Below, piece after piece: positions 37,901 through 49,023 of a stretch of DNA of 64,000 nucleotides. Below the pieces are notes generated by a model. It was given only the letters and a program-made list of their open reading frames with translations, had not been told where the DNA came from and did not search any database. How positions within the stretch are numbered: the first letter of the stretch is position 1; the number at the start of each line of letters is the position of its first letter. The translations under genes were made by a program, and so were the position numbers. The DNA lies in contig NC_057718.1 in NCBI RefSeq assembly GCF_004010195.1, forward strand, positions 95,685,158-95,749,157, in the 5' to 3' direction. The DNA is from Chiloscyllium plagiosum (Eukaryota).

Positions 37901-39181
37901 GTAGCTGTCTTAATTAATAATGACTTTTCATTGCAGAGTGAAAGGACAATGGAGGATTGAGCTGTATCAGTCGCTAGTAGTGTGTTTGATTGGATATGGC
38001 ATTTGTTGATGTATTAACTGGCTTTGATTATATTCACATGTAAAGTCATTAAACTCTACCTTTAGCTCCTTGGGATTTGGTTCTCTGCTCCCATTGCCTG
38101 CTCAGCATGTGTCAGAAGCATCCCTTCAGTCCATGCCTAATACAGGACATCTTTGCTCCTTTTAACGTCCTAAGTCAAAGTCTCAACTTTGCACGAGAGG
38201 AATCTTGCAGCCTATTTTCTAATGTGTTGTACTTTCTTCCAATGTTTCCCACGTTAGATCCACCTCCTTGCACAACTGCCAACATCTGCTTCGGTCAGAA
38301 CGCACCTTGCCTTTAAGCATTGTAGACATCTTTCATTGGTGCCAGCCATGCACAATGTTCATGCCCTGCTGAAATGCTCAGCCAATGAACAGCATTAGTT
38401 GATTTCTGGAATCATTGAAATGAGTGACCAGCTCAAAGTCTCCTTGCACTGCACTCAATGGACCCAGACTGATTGTCCATCCTGACTGAGGAGGGGGGGA
38501 GTGTCTTTGAGATTTTGTCTGCATGTTAAGTTATTAACCGGTTTAAAATCACATAGAAATGCTTTACTGTTTCATATTTCTTGTAGCTGTCACCTTTTAT
38601 TGGGAAAACACTTTGATAAATGCTTTCTTTTGAAGTTACTCCTTCCTTTGTGCTGATTAATGTTTTTATAATCCAATTGACTACTAAAGTTTAAAATTTG
38701 CTTTAATTTCTTGCTTCTGTTGTGGCTGATTCCTTTTACTTTTCTCAGATGTTAGACTCATTTGTTCTGAAATATTTTGTACCATCTTATATTGGGACTT
38801 TATTAGCTATTTGTTTCTGGTGCACGGTTTACCTTGTTTGACATTCTTTGTGAGGCAGGTGTAAAGGATTTCCTTTCATTTTTGCTTCTGTCAATCAGAG
38901 ATCAACACTTCCGCAGCACAACATACACCGGCCAACTTTCTGATTACTAAACAGCAACCTGGCTTTCCTGGCTTAGGAACTCGAATGAGAATCAAAGGGC
39001 CCAGCACAGCATGTACAGCGAGCACTTTTCAAACCTCAGCCTGACTAAGAAACAGGGCTCCAGTACTTCACCAAACTTACAGCATCTCATTTGTCCCGAA
39101 CTTTAAAGTTGCTGGTGCATTCCAGGTTACTGGAATGTGAGATCAGTGCAATCTCTCAATTTGTTGTGTACCATGGAAAGG

Positions 39182-39990
39182 TCATGCACAAACACATATA
39201 AGTTTGTGGGGTGAATCTGTACGTGCAGAATTACATTTTACTTTGCTCAAAAACTACATGAATCCATGTAAGATTTTGTAAATCTTGCAGGGTGGCACTG
39301 TGGCTCAGTGGTTAGCACTGCTGCCTCACAGCACAGGGTCCTAGGTTCAATTCCAGCCTCGGGTGACTTACTGTCTGAGTTTGCACATTCTTCCCCATAT
39401 CTGCAAGAGTTTCCTCTGGGTGCTTCAGTTTCCCCTCACAATCCAAGGATGTGTAGATCAGGTGAATTGGCCATGCTAAATTGCCCATAGTGTTAGATGC
39501 ATTAGTCCGAGAGAAATGGGTCTGGGTGGGTTACTCTTCGGAGGGTCAGTGTGGACTGGTTGGGCTGAAGGGCCTGTTTCCACACTGTAAGGAATCTAAT
39601 CTAAATCCCTTTTTTAGATTAGAATCAGTCCAACCATTGTGGCACAGACAGTCTCACATAGGGAAGCTCACACCTTCAATACATTATCTGGGCCAACATG
39701 ACACCAATTGTTAAAGTTCACTTGAGAAAGTAACTTTTAAAAAAGTTTGTGATTTACATATGAAAGAACTGAAACCAATGTGGTCATTCTAACAGATGAG
39801 AGACTTAACAAACAATCCAGGTCTTTTTCAACATATAATTTCAGTTACATCACACTGTGAACTTTTGCTATAAATTCTGTGTCCTACAATCTTATACTCC
39901 ACAACTACCCGATGAAGGAGCAAAGCTCCGAAAGCTAGTGCTTCCAGTTAAACCTGTTCGACTATAACCTGGTGTTGAGTCATTTTTAAC
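39182..39990 (+). mobile_element. Penelope-like element 3' region (family B) with nested HE1 SINE
   Basis: Ends in tac-CCGATGA-A-GGAGC-aaa-GCTCC-GAAAG-CTA-gtg (39906-39940) and 'cctgttcgactataacctggtgttgagtcatttttaac'. Confidence 0.8.
39289..39605 (+). mobile_element. HE1-type SINE nested in a PLE
   Basis: A-box tggctcagtgg, B-box ggttcaattcc, (tctaa) tail; 'taaatc' on both sides. Confidence 0.92.
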
Positions 39991-40012
39991 AAGGAAAGAG
40001 GTGTTATTTTTA

Positions 40013-40385
40013 GGGCGACATGGTGGTTCAGTGGTTAGCACTGCTGCCTCACAGTGTCAGGGATCCTGGTTTGATTCCACCCTCTGTGTGGAGTTTGCAT
40101 GTTCTCCCCGTGTCTGCGTGGGTTTCCTCCGGGTGCTCTGGTTTCTTCCCACAGTCCAAAGATGTACAGGTTAGGGTGGATTGGCCATGGGAAATTGCCG
40201 ATAGTGTTCAGGGATGTTCAGGTTAGGTGGAATGGCCATGCTAAATTGTGTATAATGTGCAGGCTAGATGAATTAGCCATGGTAAATTCAGGGTTACAGA
40301 GATACGATAGGTGGGTTGGGTCTGGGTGGAATGTTCTTCCGAGGGTTGGTGTGGACTCGATGGGCTGAATGGCCTGCTATAGAGA
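40013..40385 (+). mobile_element. HE1-type SINE
   Basis: tRNA-like head; central domain with internal repeats of 'ggccatg..aaatt'. Confidence 0.9.
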
Positions 40386-41055
40386 TTCAATGAAACTGGA
40401 GCCAATCTGTATTCCATTTTGCACTTATTTGCAGAGTTAAGCAGGACGTGCGTATGCTTCCAACCTCAGCTGCACCAGTTTTTCAGTGAATACTTCCTTA
40501 ACTGTGTTCATGTGATGTCCCTGTTACGTCAAGTACCTACATATAACAGTCAAACAGAATTAAACATGCAGCTAGCGTATGCCAGACTCCGACAATCACA
40601 TTCTCAAAGGACAGTGAAAAATCAGGCCAGGACCACCGGCCAACATTTCCCGCGATCTGCACGTTTCGAGGGTCCATGCGTGGGGATGAGTGTGCCTATG
40701 CTATTTACAACATTGAGGTCCAGTTCTGGAAGTCATTCTCTCACACATAATTTGGAGGTCCGCGCAGATGAAAGCAGGATTAGCAGGAGCATTGCCACTG
40801 GCACGTCCATGAAGTGGGTGCAGGTTGCTTCGTTCCCCGGACCAGCCTGACTCAACACTTTGTTGCCACAATGTCTTGGCTCAACCTTTGCAAATGGCTG
40901 AGTGCGAAGAGACATGGTGAAACTGGAGAGAGATGGTTAAAGAAGGAATTGTTTTAAATTACCAGCAATACATAAATGAACCCGGGGGCTCAGTTTTAAA
41001 GGGGTAATTCCAGCTGATAACATGGCTGAAACCTTCAGATTTCTCCTGAAACACT

Positions 41056-41749
41056 GGGCGGCATGGTGGCACAGTGGTTAGCACTGCTGCCTCATAGTGC
41101 CAGAGACCCAGGCAACTGACTGTGTGGAGTTTGCACATTCTTCCTGTGTTTGTGTGGGTTTCCTCCGGGTGTTCCAGTTTCCTCCCACAGTCCAAAGATG
41201 TGCAGGTTAGGTGAATTGGCCATGCTAAATTGCCCATAGTGTTAGGTGAAGGGGTAAATGCAGGGGAATGTGTCTGGGTGGGTGCGCTTCGGCGGGTCGG
41301 AGTGAACTTTAGGTTAGATTAGATTAGATTAGATTACTTACAGTGTGGAAACAGGCCCTTCGGCGGGTCAGAGTGGACTTTAGGTTAGATTAGATTACTT
41401 ACAGTGTGGAAACAGGCCCTTCGGCCCAACAAGTCCACACCACCCCGCCGAAGCGCAACCCACCCATACCCCTACATTTACCCCTTACCTAACACTACGG
41501 GCAATTTAGTATGGCCAATTCACCTGACCTGCACATCTTTGGACTGTGGGAGGAAACCGGAGCACCCGGAGGAAACCCATGCAGACACGGGGAGAACGTG
41601 CAAACTCCACACAGTCAGTCGCCTGAGGCGGGAATTGAACCCGGATCTCTGGCGCTGTGATGCAGCAGTGCTAACCACTGTGCCACCGTGTCGCCCACTG
41701 TCTTGTTGGGTCGAAGGGCCTGTTTCCACACTGTAAGTAATCTAATCTA
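41056..41749 (+). mobile_element. HE1-type SINE split by an antisense HE1 insertion
   Basis: Head and body 41056-41310; tail resumes at about 41702 'cttgttgggtcgaagggcctgtttccacactgtaagtaatctaatcta'. Confidence 0.88.
41385..41696 (-). mobile_element. HE1-type SINE (young subfamily)
   Basis: Full length; nearly identical to 61540-61845. Confidence 0.93.
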
Positions 41750-41829
41750 CGAAAAAGCTCAAAGTAAGCTCCCTAACCTGAAAGAAAATAAAGTTGGACC
41801 AATCCATGATAAATGGAGAAAAATAGCTC

Positions 41830-41995
41830 ATCAGGCAGAACCTGTGCAGAAACAGAGTTAATTTTTTGTCAGTTCTGGTTAACCTGAAATTATAGCTCTT
41901 CTTTCTCTCCCTTACAGATGTGGCGAAACCTGCTGTTTCCAGCATTTTCTGTTTTTATTTCTAGACTTCCAACATCAACAATGTTTTGTTTTTGC
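41830..41995. mobile_element. Degenerate PLE-derived fold-back remnant (family E-like)
   Basis: 'cagagttaat...' / 'ctgctgtttccagcattttctgtttttattt' arms similar to 23847-23950. Confidence 0.45.
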
Positions 41996-42104
41996 AATAA
42001 TCTTGTTTTTTAAGACAAATTTTACCCTCATGTGGGGTAATGGACCTGTGAGTGGGGAATGGACGCACTGTGGTTTGGTTTCCAAGTGTTAACATCAAAC
42101 GTAG

Positions 42105-42420
42105 GATTGAATTCCAGAAACAGGCCATTCAGCCCAGCAAGTTTCACTGACCCTCTAAAGAGCATCTCACCCAGACCCACCCCATGCGGTTTCCAAACCA
42201 CCCAGCCAGCAAATCCCTTAACACCAAGGGCAATTTAGCAAGGCCAATCCTCCCAACCTGCACATCTTTGGACAGTGGGCGGAAACCGGAGCACCCAGAG
42301 GAAACCCAGGTAGACACAGAGAGAATGTGCAAACTCCACACAGATAGTCACCCAAGGCTGGAATTAAACCCAGGTCCCTGGCGCTGTGAGGCAGCAGTGC
42401 TAACCACTGCCCAACATGCC
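42105..42420 (-). mobile_element. HE1-type SINE
   Basis: Reverse head 'gcagcagtgctaaccactg', central domain. Confidence 0.9.
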
Positions 42421-42469
42421 CTTCTTTTCTATTCTGATCTAAAATGGGTTTTGGGCTGAAACTTGAGCA

Positions 42470-42700
42470 TTAATAACAAGCATTTATATAATGCCTTTCA
42501 CTTAATAGCAGATCCCAAGGCCTTTTGCTGGATTGTCATCAAAATTGACACAAATCACAGCAAGAAGTCATCAGAATAGATGGCAAAAAAATTTGTCAAA
42601 AACTCTGGATTTTAAGAAATGCCTTAATAGAGGAGAGAGGTTTTGGAAAGATGCCAAACCATGGTGTGGAGACCACCCAGTGGGGATGTGAGATGAGACT
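42470..42700 (-). mobile_element. L2-type LINE 3' remnant
   Basis: 'gcatttatataatgcctttc...cccaaggc' resembles a reversed L2 tail. Confidence 0.4.
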
Positions 42701-43374
42701 TAGGGGTCACATTGATTAAGCTGTGACTTCTCAGTGTGATGCTGGCTAGTTATTGCGAGGTCGTCTGAAGCTTGACCAGTGATGGAGAGAGGTGATGAAC
42801 GGGGGCAGATTGGTGAATGGAGTATACGAATTGAGCACTGAGTGAACAGGCTGAAGGATAGCAAACAAGGATGTGAAAGCAAATGCCCAGCGATTTTCTA
42901 AAACTGATCACAGGGAGATCAGTGGTGGTCAAACAGAACGTGGGCATGGGTTAACAAGGTGTTTTGGCTTGTCTGGATGGTTGTATGCATATAGCATTGG
43001 AACAAACAGAAGAATATGTCAATGATCAAGAGTTAGAGAAGGGAAAGAGGTGGTAATGTCTCTGTGACTAGTACCTTTATTTCATTTGGAGACTGACATG
43101 TAATCACCCATTCTCCAGGAATATGTTATTTCATTCATTGTACATATTATATACAGAGGCAAGGTGCAGTCCCTGTGATAAATATATCCCGGAGCTAGTT
43201 AATGTACAAGACCTGCTCTGCCACTGGAAGTGTTCCTTCCCTTTAACAAACTCTCATCTCAGACATGGCCACTCCCATAGCAAACCCTTTTCCCATTTAT
43301 ACAACCTGTCCACACCCCAAACTCTATCTCTATTTCAGCAACCCCTTCCGTCACTCCCACAGTCTGTTAGCAAT

Positions 43375-43547
43375 GCTCTCTTACTCTCACCATCTCCTCA
43401 GCCCCACTCTGCCCACCTTTGATGTTGCAGCTGTACAGGACTTTGGTTAGGCCACAGTTGGAGTACTGTGTGCAGTTCTGGTCGCCTCACTTTAGGAAAG
43501 AGCTCTCTTACTCTCACCATCTCCTCAGCCCCACTCTGCCCACCTTT
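43375..43547 (+). repeat. Perfect 46-bp direct repeat flanking an 81-bp internal CR1 fragment
   Basis: gctctcttactctcaccatctcctcagccccactctgcccaccttt at 43375-43420 and 43502-43547; the insert encodes MLQLYRTLVRPQLEYCVQFWSPHFRK. Confidence 0.95.
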
Positions 43548-43629
43548 ACAGTCCCCTCATCCTTGCAGGTTCCTGTATCCTTCCAAGGCTGTACAGGGAT
43601 GACAGCTTGGAATTCTGCAGTCTCGGTAC

Positions 43630-43846
43630 GTAGCGGATGACACCGTTATGAAACCTTCACTATAAAACAAGTCAGTGAAACAACATTGCCCACATTTCCA
43701 CAGGACCATAGTGGGACACACCGTAGACTCTTCTTGTCATGATGCAGTTTTGATTGCTGTTATACTCTGGCTGTACTTTGCAATATAACCCAGAGAGTGT
43801 GTGCTGCATCATCATGGCATGCTGTCCTCTTCACAACTGGGCATGA
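43630..43846 (+). pseudogene. Harbinger (PIF/HARBI1-like) transposase C-terminal remnant
   Basis: MQF*LLLYSGCTLQYNPESVCCIIMACCPLHNW (43742-43840) versus the Harbinger motif MRFRCLD.SGG.LQY.PE....II.ACC.LHN; upstream MTPL-like motif. Confidence 0.75.
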
Positions 43847-43989
43847 CAATGGGAGATATCTTGATTGCTGAGGAATCGATGGATCGAGAGCAATATTCTG
43901 CAGTTGGGGATGGGGACATTGAGCCGGAGGAACATACATGAGACTCTGATTATCTGTGCATCGTTGAACTTGAGAGACCAGACCTGTCA

Positions 43990-44303
43990 TGGGGTGGCAT
44001 GGTAGCTCAGTGGTTTGCACTGCTGCTTCATAGTACCAAGGACCCGGGTTCAATTCTAACCTCAGACAACTGTTTGGCGTTTGCACATTAACTCCATGTC
44101 TGCGTGGGTTTTCTCCCACAATGCAAAGATGTGCAGGTTAGATAGATTAGCCATATTAACTTGCACAGAGTGCTCAGGGATGTGTGGTCTGGGTGGGTTA
44201 GCCATGAAAGATGCAGGGACAGGGTCAGAGTTGAAAGGTCTTCAGATAGTCGGTGTGGACTCAATGGACCGAATGGCTTGCTTCCATACTGTAGGGATTC
44301 TCT
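43990..44303 (+). mobile_element. HE1-type SINE (diverged)
   Basis: A/B boxes, central domain, tail. Confidence 0.85.
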
Positions 44304-44306
44304 GAT

Positions 44307-44622
44307 GGGCGGCATGATGGCTCAGTGGTTAGCACTGCTGCCTCACAGCACCAGGGTCCCAGGTTCAATTCCAGCCTTGGGCGACTGTCTGTGTGGAGTT
44401 TGCACATTCTCCCTGTGTCTGCGTGGGTTTCCTCCGGGTGCTCTGGTTTCCTCCCGTAGTGCAAAGATGTGCAGGCCAGGTGAATTGGCCATGCTAAATT
44501 CCCCCAAGTGTTCGGTGCATTAGTCAGAAGGAAGTGGAACTGGGTGGGTTACTCTTCAGAGGGTCAGTGTGGGCTTGTTGGGCCGAAGGACCTGTTTCCA
44601 CACTGTAGGGAATCTAATCTAA
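44307..44622 (+). mobile_element. HE1-type SINE directly after the previous copy's tail
   Basis: Full head to (tctaa) tail. Confidence 0.92.
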
Positions 44623-44855
44623 AACCTGCTTCCACCATTTGGAATGAGTTGGGTTTGAACTTCCTTTCGTTGTGCTACCTCTAGTTGCTGATATTGTCAG
44701 TACGTGTGGACCTGTCTCTTTCTGCAGTCTGTGAATATTTCTACTGGATGAATAAATATTTTGTTCATCACATAGTTCCATGTGTAGTGTCTTTAGCTGA
44801 TACCACTGTGAAGAATCTGCATTTTACACGCATTCTACGCTTCTTACTTTTTTTT

Positions 44856-45055
44856 AAAGTCAGAAGTCACACGACACGGTTATAATCCAACAGGTTTATT
44901 TGAAGTCACAAGCTTTCGGAGCACTGCTCCTTCATCAGTTGAAGCCATTGCGGAGTTCCGAAAGCTTGTGATTTGAAATGAACCTGTTGGACTATAACCT
45001 GGTGTTGTGTGACTTCTGACTTTGTCTGCCCCAGTCCAACACTGGCACATCATGG
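44856..45055. mobile_element. Penelope-derived fold-back mini-element, family B
   Basis: Inverted arms; minus arm CTGATGA-A-GGAGC-agt-GCTCC-GAAAG-CTT (44910-44938) has an intact core; approximate TSD tac..tttttaa. Confidence 0.88.
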
Positions 45056-46544
45056 CTACGTCTTTTTAAGAGACTTCAGCAAACAGTGAGAGACAGGGCA
45101 GTAATATGACAAAGCATGGAGATGGCTTTTAAGATTTCAGCCAGTGTATATGAAATCCTACAAAAATCCAGAAGTTTTTGTTTTTGCTTCTGATGTCCAA
45201 CATCCACAATCCTTTTGTATTTTTATGAAATCCTGTGCAATGCAGTCTCTCATGATAGGCAGCAGGTTGGGAGCAAAGAATTCACATACATTAGCAATTT
45301 TTCTGATATATATGAGTATCCTGTAGGGCAGTGATAAAGCTGAGAGAGACCGGGCTTAATGTAACTTCTCTGAGTGGGCCACTGAGCCTAGAGGGAGAGT
45401 GGAGGCGTGATCTTCTCATTTTGCATTCCCAGCCTTGAATGGCCATGATCTCCTTTGTAAAGCAGTAAGGTAGAATGCGACATCTCCTGCCGAGTGGAGT
45501 CTGCACTGATTCCACCCTCTCACTCTCAGGGTGGGTGTAAATGTGGATGACCTATGCAGGGCAGGCTCTGCCACCATGCCTGACATTGCGCGTAGTCTCA
45601 GCCCTGTCCACATCAAAGTGCGGCGTCTTGGCTCCAGACAACTATGTGACATGTTCAAGGGTTGCTGACGTCTGATGCTATCTGCAGTCAAGGAGTTCAT
45701 TGCCTGTGAGACATGATCAATGTTTGTGCACTACAATTTCTTCCATGCTTTTGGGTGACTGAAGAGGAGGCTCATGTGACAAAAAGCTGAGCGTCACCAG
45801 TTACGAAGAGACCACAGCACTCATTTCAAGAATATTAATGAGCATATGTTTCCATAAGTGCACTAATATTTGCAATGAAGTGTTATCCGTGCCATCTATG
45901 TGTCCTCAGTAAGTATTTTTCTCTTCATTTCCCTCCCACTACGTCTATGTGCAGTCCCAGCACCTGCAAATAAGGTGGAGGGAGCATTCTCTTAAGTTGG
46001 CATCCCTGGCCTGGGCTGGTTGTCCCCACTGTCATTTGAGTCTAGAGGGCCCAGCCTAGATACATGCTCATGGTCCTCATCTTGAGCTTCAGCAGATTTC
46101 AGCTTCACAGGCAATGAGATGGTGAAGAAGCTCTGGAATGTTCCATGAGGAAGCCTCTGGCAGGCCTATATGTAGCTCTGTCTGAGTGCCTATTGACCCC
46201 AACCTGTCTACTGGAGAGGAAGAGACAACTACAGTGCATTCCCCACCCACTCCCAATCTCGCCTTTGATGCTGCCATCATTGACTTAAGTGAGGGCAACA
46301 GTCTTGGCCCTATCACCTGGCTGTGAGAGACTTTGTTCCTGTCATGATGCAAAGGGATGGTTTGATTATTTTGGAGGTGGATGGGAGAGGCATTATTGGT
46401 GTTACAGGGGGCAGAAGAAATGGTGACATGTTCTCCATGAGTGAGAGAGTGTGTGGAGGGCACAAAGGGTTAGAAGATTGGCAGGACGAGGTGGGCGAGA
46501 GCTATTGAGTAGACATGGTGCAAGCAATACTAGTGATTACAGTC

Positions 46545-47142
46545 CAACAACGCCTCTTCTTCCTTGGACATCTCAGGAAATTTGGCATGTCTATAAGGAC
46601 CCTCATCAGCTTTTATAGATGCACCATTGAAAGCATACTGTCCAGATGCATAACAACCTGGCACAGCAACTGCTCTGCTCAGGACTGTAAGAAACTACAG
46701 AAGGTGGTGTGCACAGCCCAGGCACTCACAGAAGCCAACCTCCCATCCGTGGACTCCATTTACACATCTCGCTGCCGCGGAAAGGCTGCCAATATCATCA
46801 AAGACCCATCTCACCCAGGTAATACTCTCTTACAACCTCTTCCGTTCGGCAGGAGGCACAAAAGCTTCAATGCAGGCACCAGCAAGCTCAAGAACAGCTT
46901 GTTCCCTGCCGCTATTGGACTGATGAATTGACCTCTCGACTTCAAATAATGTTGATCATGTTAATGTTGACCTTGCCTCATGTATGTCCTGTGTGGCGTA
47001 ACCTGTATGCCTTACTCTGCCCAAGTTTTATTTTAACCCTGTGATCTGTACATCCTTGCTTACTATGATCTGCCTATACCGCTCATAAACAAAGCTTGAC
47101 GTCGTACATACCGACCCGTGACAATAAATCAAATCAAATCAA
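46545..47142 (+). mobile_element. Rex1/Babar-type LINE 3' fragment
   Basis: ORF 46515-46931 QQRLFFL..LRKFGMS..FYRCTIESIL...KDPSHPG; (aaatc)n tail. Confidence 0.9.
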
Positions 47143-47234
47143 ACAAACCTCGCTGAGGTGTGATTTGCAGATTTGAGTAGGTAGTGGTGACTCTGTGAGT
47201 GTGAGGTCGCAGAAAGAAAAATGGTGCCATTTAC

Positions 47235-47430
47235 CCTTGCAGGACACAGATGGTCATTAACCATAATTTGGCATTGCTGGGCATTTCTTTTCACCACGAA
47301 GCCACACTGACCCAGGTCAGTAATGCCATCCAGGCTGCTTGTGTTTGGTGATGTGACATCCTTTGGCAGTTTGGAGGAAGCAGATATCTGTCAGAGAAAC
47401 AAGTGCTGGCTTTCCTTTGGGAGCCTTCGT
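47235..47430 (-). pseudogene. Harbinger-type Myb/SANT-like DNA-binding gene exon remnant
   Basis: FSDR...TQAAWMAL..VSVAS / VKRNAQQCQIMVNDHLCPAR followed by a GTAAAT donor-like site; resembles FSD..L...AW..VA..VSA....R...QC.KK.NDL...R; one frameshift. Confidence 0.55.
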
Positions 47431-48279
47431 GATTGAACAGTGCAGGACCATGGCGTAAGGGTGCGGCATTGAGAAATGGTGCCAGAGTCAGGAACATCAC
47501 CAAGTCACTGCAGCAGGGAATATTTTGACCTGTCCTGCCGTACAATTACCAAAGCAGCACAAGGACCAGACGATTGCGTGAGAAAAGTTGACGTGGGGCA
47601 GCGACGCGACACCAGACACGAATCTCCCTGCAAATAACACTTTGCACAAAAGAAAAGGAAAAAGTCAGTCTGTGGTGTCTACTGCTTACTGGTGATCTGA
47701 GTTGAATCAGAGTAATTATTGGTCACTGAATTTCAGAATCGGTGCTTGGTTCTGTAGAGAGAAAAGAAAAACATGTGCTAGCAGGATGTTTCCAATTCCC
47801 ATCTAATGCAGTCCATATAATACATATTGTGGTAAAGGGAGGGAATATTGCATATACTGGAACCATATTTTTGGCATGTACCTTCTGCATAATTTGTGAG
47901 GCCTTCTGCTTCTTTTAGCACATTAATCAAACACAGCCATCAACAGTATTGTGGTCTGAAATTGTTGACATGTGTTGTGATTGTGGCGGTGGGGAAGGTC
48001 AGACGCAACAAGAAACAGGTTTCCGAATCTGTAAAGTTCTGTACTCGTTAGTAACTCAATAATTCTTTCCATGGGGCGTGGAGATGTCACAGGCTGGGAA
48101 AGAAGTCATGAAAATCCATTTTCCAATTTTGTCAGGAATAGCTTCTCTGTTGAATGGAACAAGAGGGGGAGGGCTGTTGAATTTTTGCATTCTGTGGGCC
48201 ATTCGTGCCACATACTACATATTATTCCCAAATGTTTCCAATGTTACTTTGTAATATACACAGAAACACAAGTGGCTCT

Positions 48280-48375
48280 TGATGTGCATTGGTAGTTTCC
48301 CTATCTCTGACCCAGGAGGCCGGGGCTCAAGTCCCACCTGCTCCAGATGGGTGTAATAACATATTTTCCTATAGG
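48280..48375 (+). mobile_element. Short tRNA-derived SINE head
   Basis: 'gtgcattggtag..ccctatctctgacccaggaggccggggctcaagtccc' tRNA-like layout. Confidence 0.45.
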
Positions 48376-49023
48376 AAGCATTTTTCTCCTTAATGGGATA
48401 GCTCAGTTTCTGGACATTTCTGGGTCCTTTTAACCACCAACCACCGCCACCCACCTCCCCCCCCCACCCCCCCAGAAAGTTGCTTTTGGATTGGACGGTT
48501 CATTAAAGTCTGAGACAGGGGCCCAAACAACTTTTAAAAGAGGGGAGACACAGATCTGGTAATAAGTACATTCTGAAGAGGCAGGTTGGTTGTTGAAAGC
48601 TTTCAAAGTGGCTGCATGCTTTTATCTTCAGAGAGTTTCTCTTTTTGATCAATTTCGGATGCGTTTCCTGGGTTACGATAAATCTGGCAGGTAAATAGAA
48701 AATCATTTAATTTTACAGCGTTGCATGTGGTCCAGGCTGACATAACATTTCTGACTCAAAACAACTTATAAACATCCCGTGTTGATAAAAACCCATCACT
48801 GACCCCTTTCACCATCGATGACCACAATCCTAATCACCTGTCCAGCTAGTTCTCACAACCATTATTCCCCCAATTCCCACCCCGACCTTGTTTAACTCTG
48901 AACAGCACTTGGTAAGTAGGAGACCAGAAGACAATCTCTATTCAATCTTTTGTTTATTCACTGACTGCAGCATTATAGGTCTTAACTGATACTTCTTTAC
49001 TTGTGTCAATAGGTGCTTCTGAA

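Noticed and set aside
39289..39360. tRNA genes at SINE heads
   Set aside because: A/B boxes only, no full cloverleaf, and followed by SINE body.
41294..41425. CRISPR-like repeat/spacer pattern
   Set aside because: Eukaryotic SINE-derived tandem duplication; no unique spacers or cas genes.
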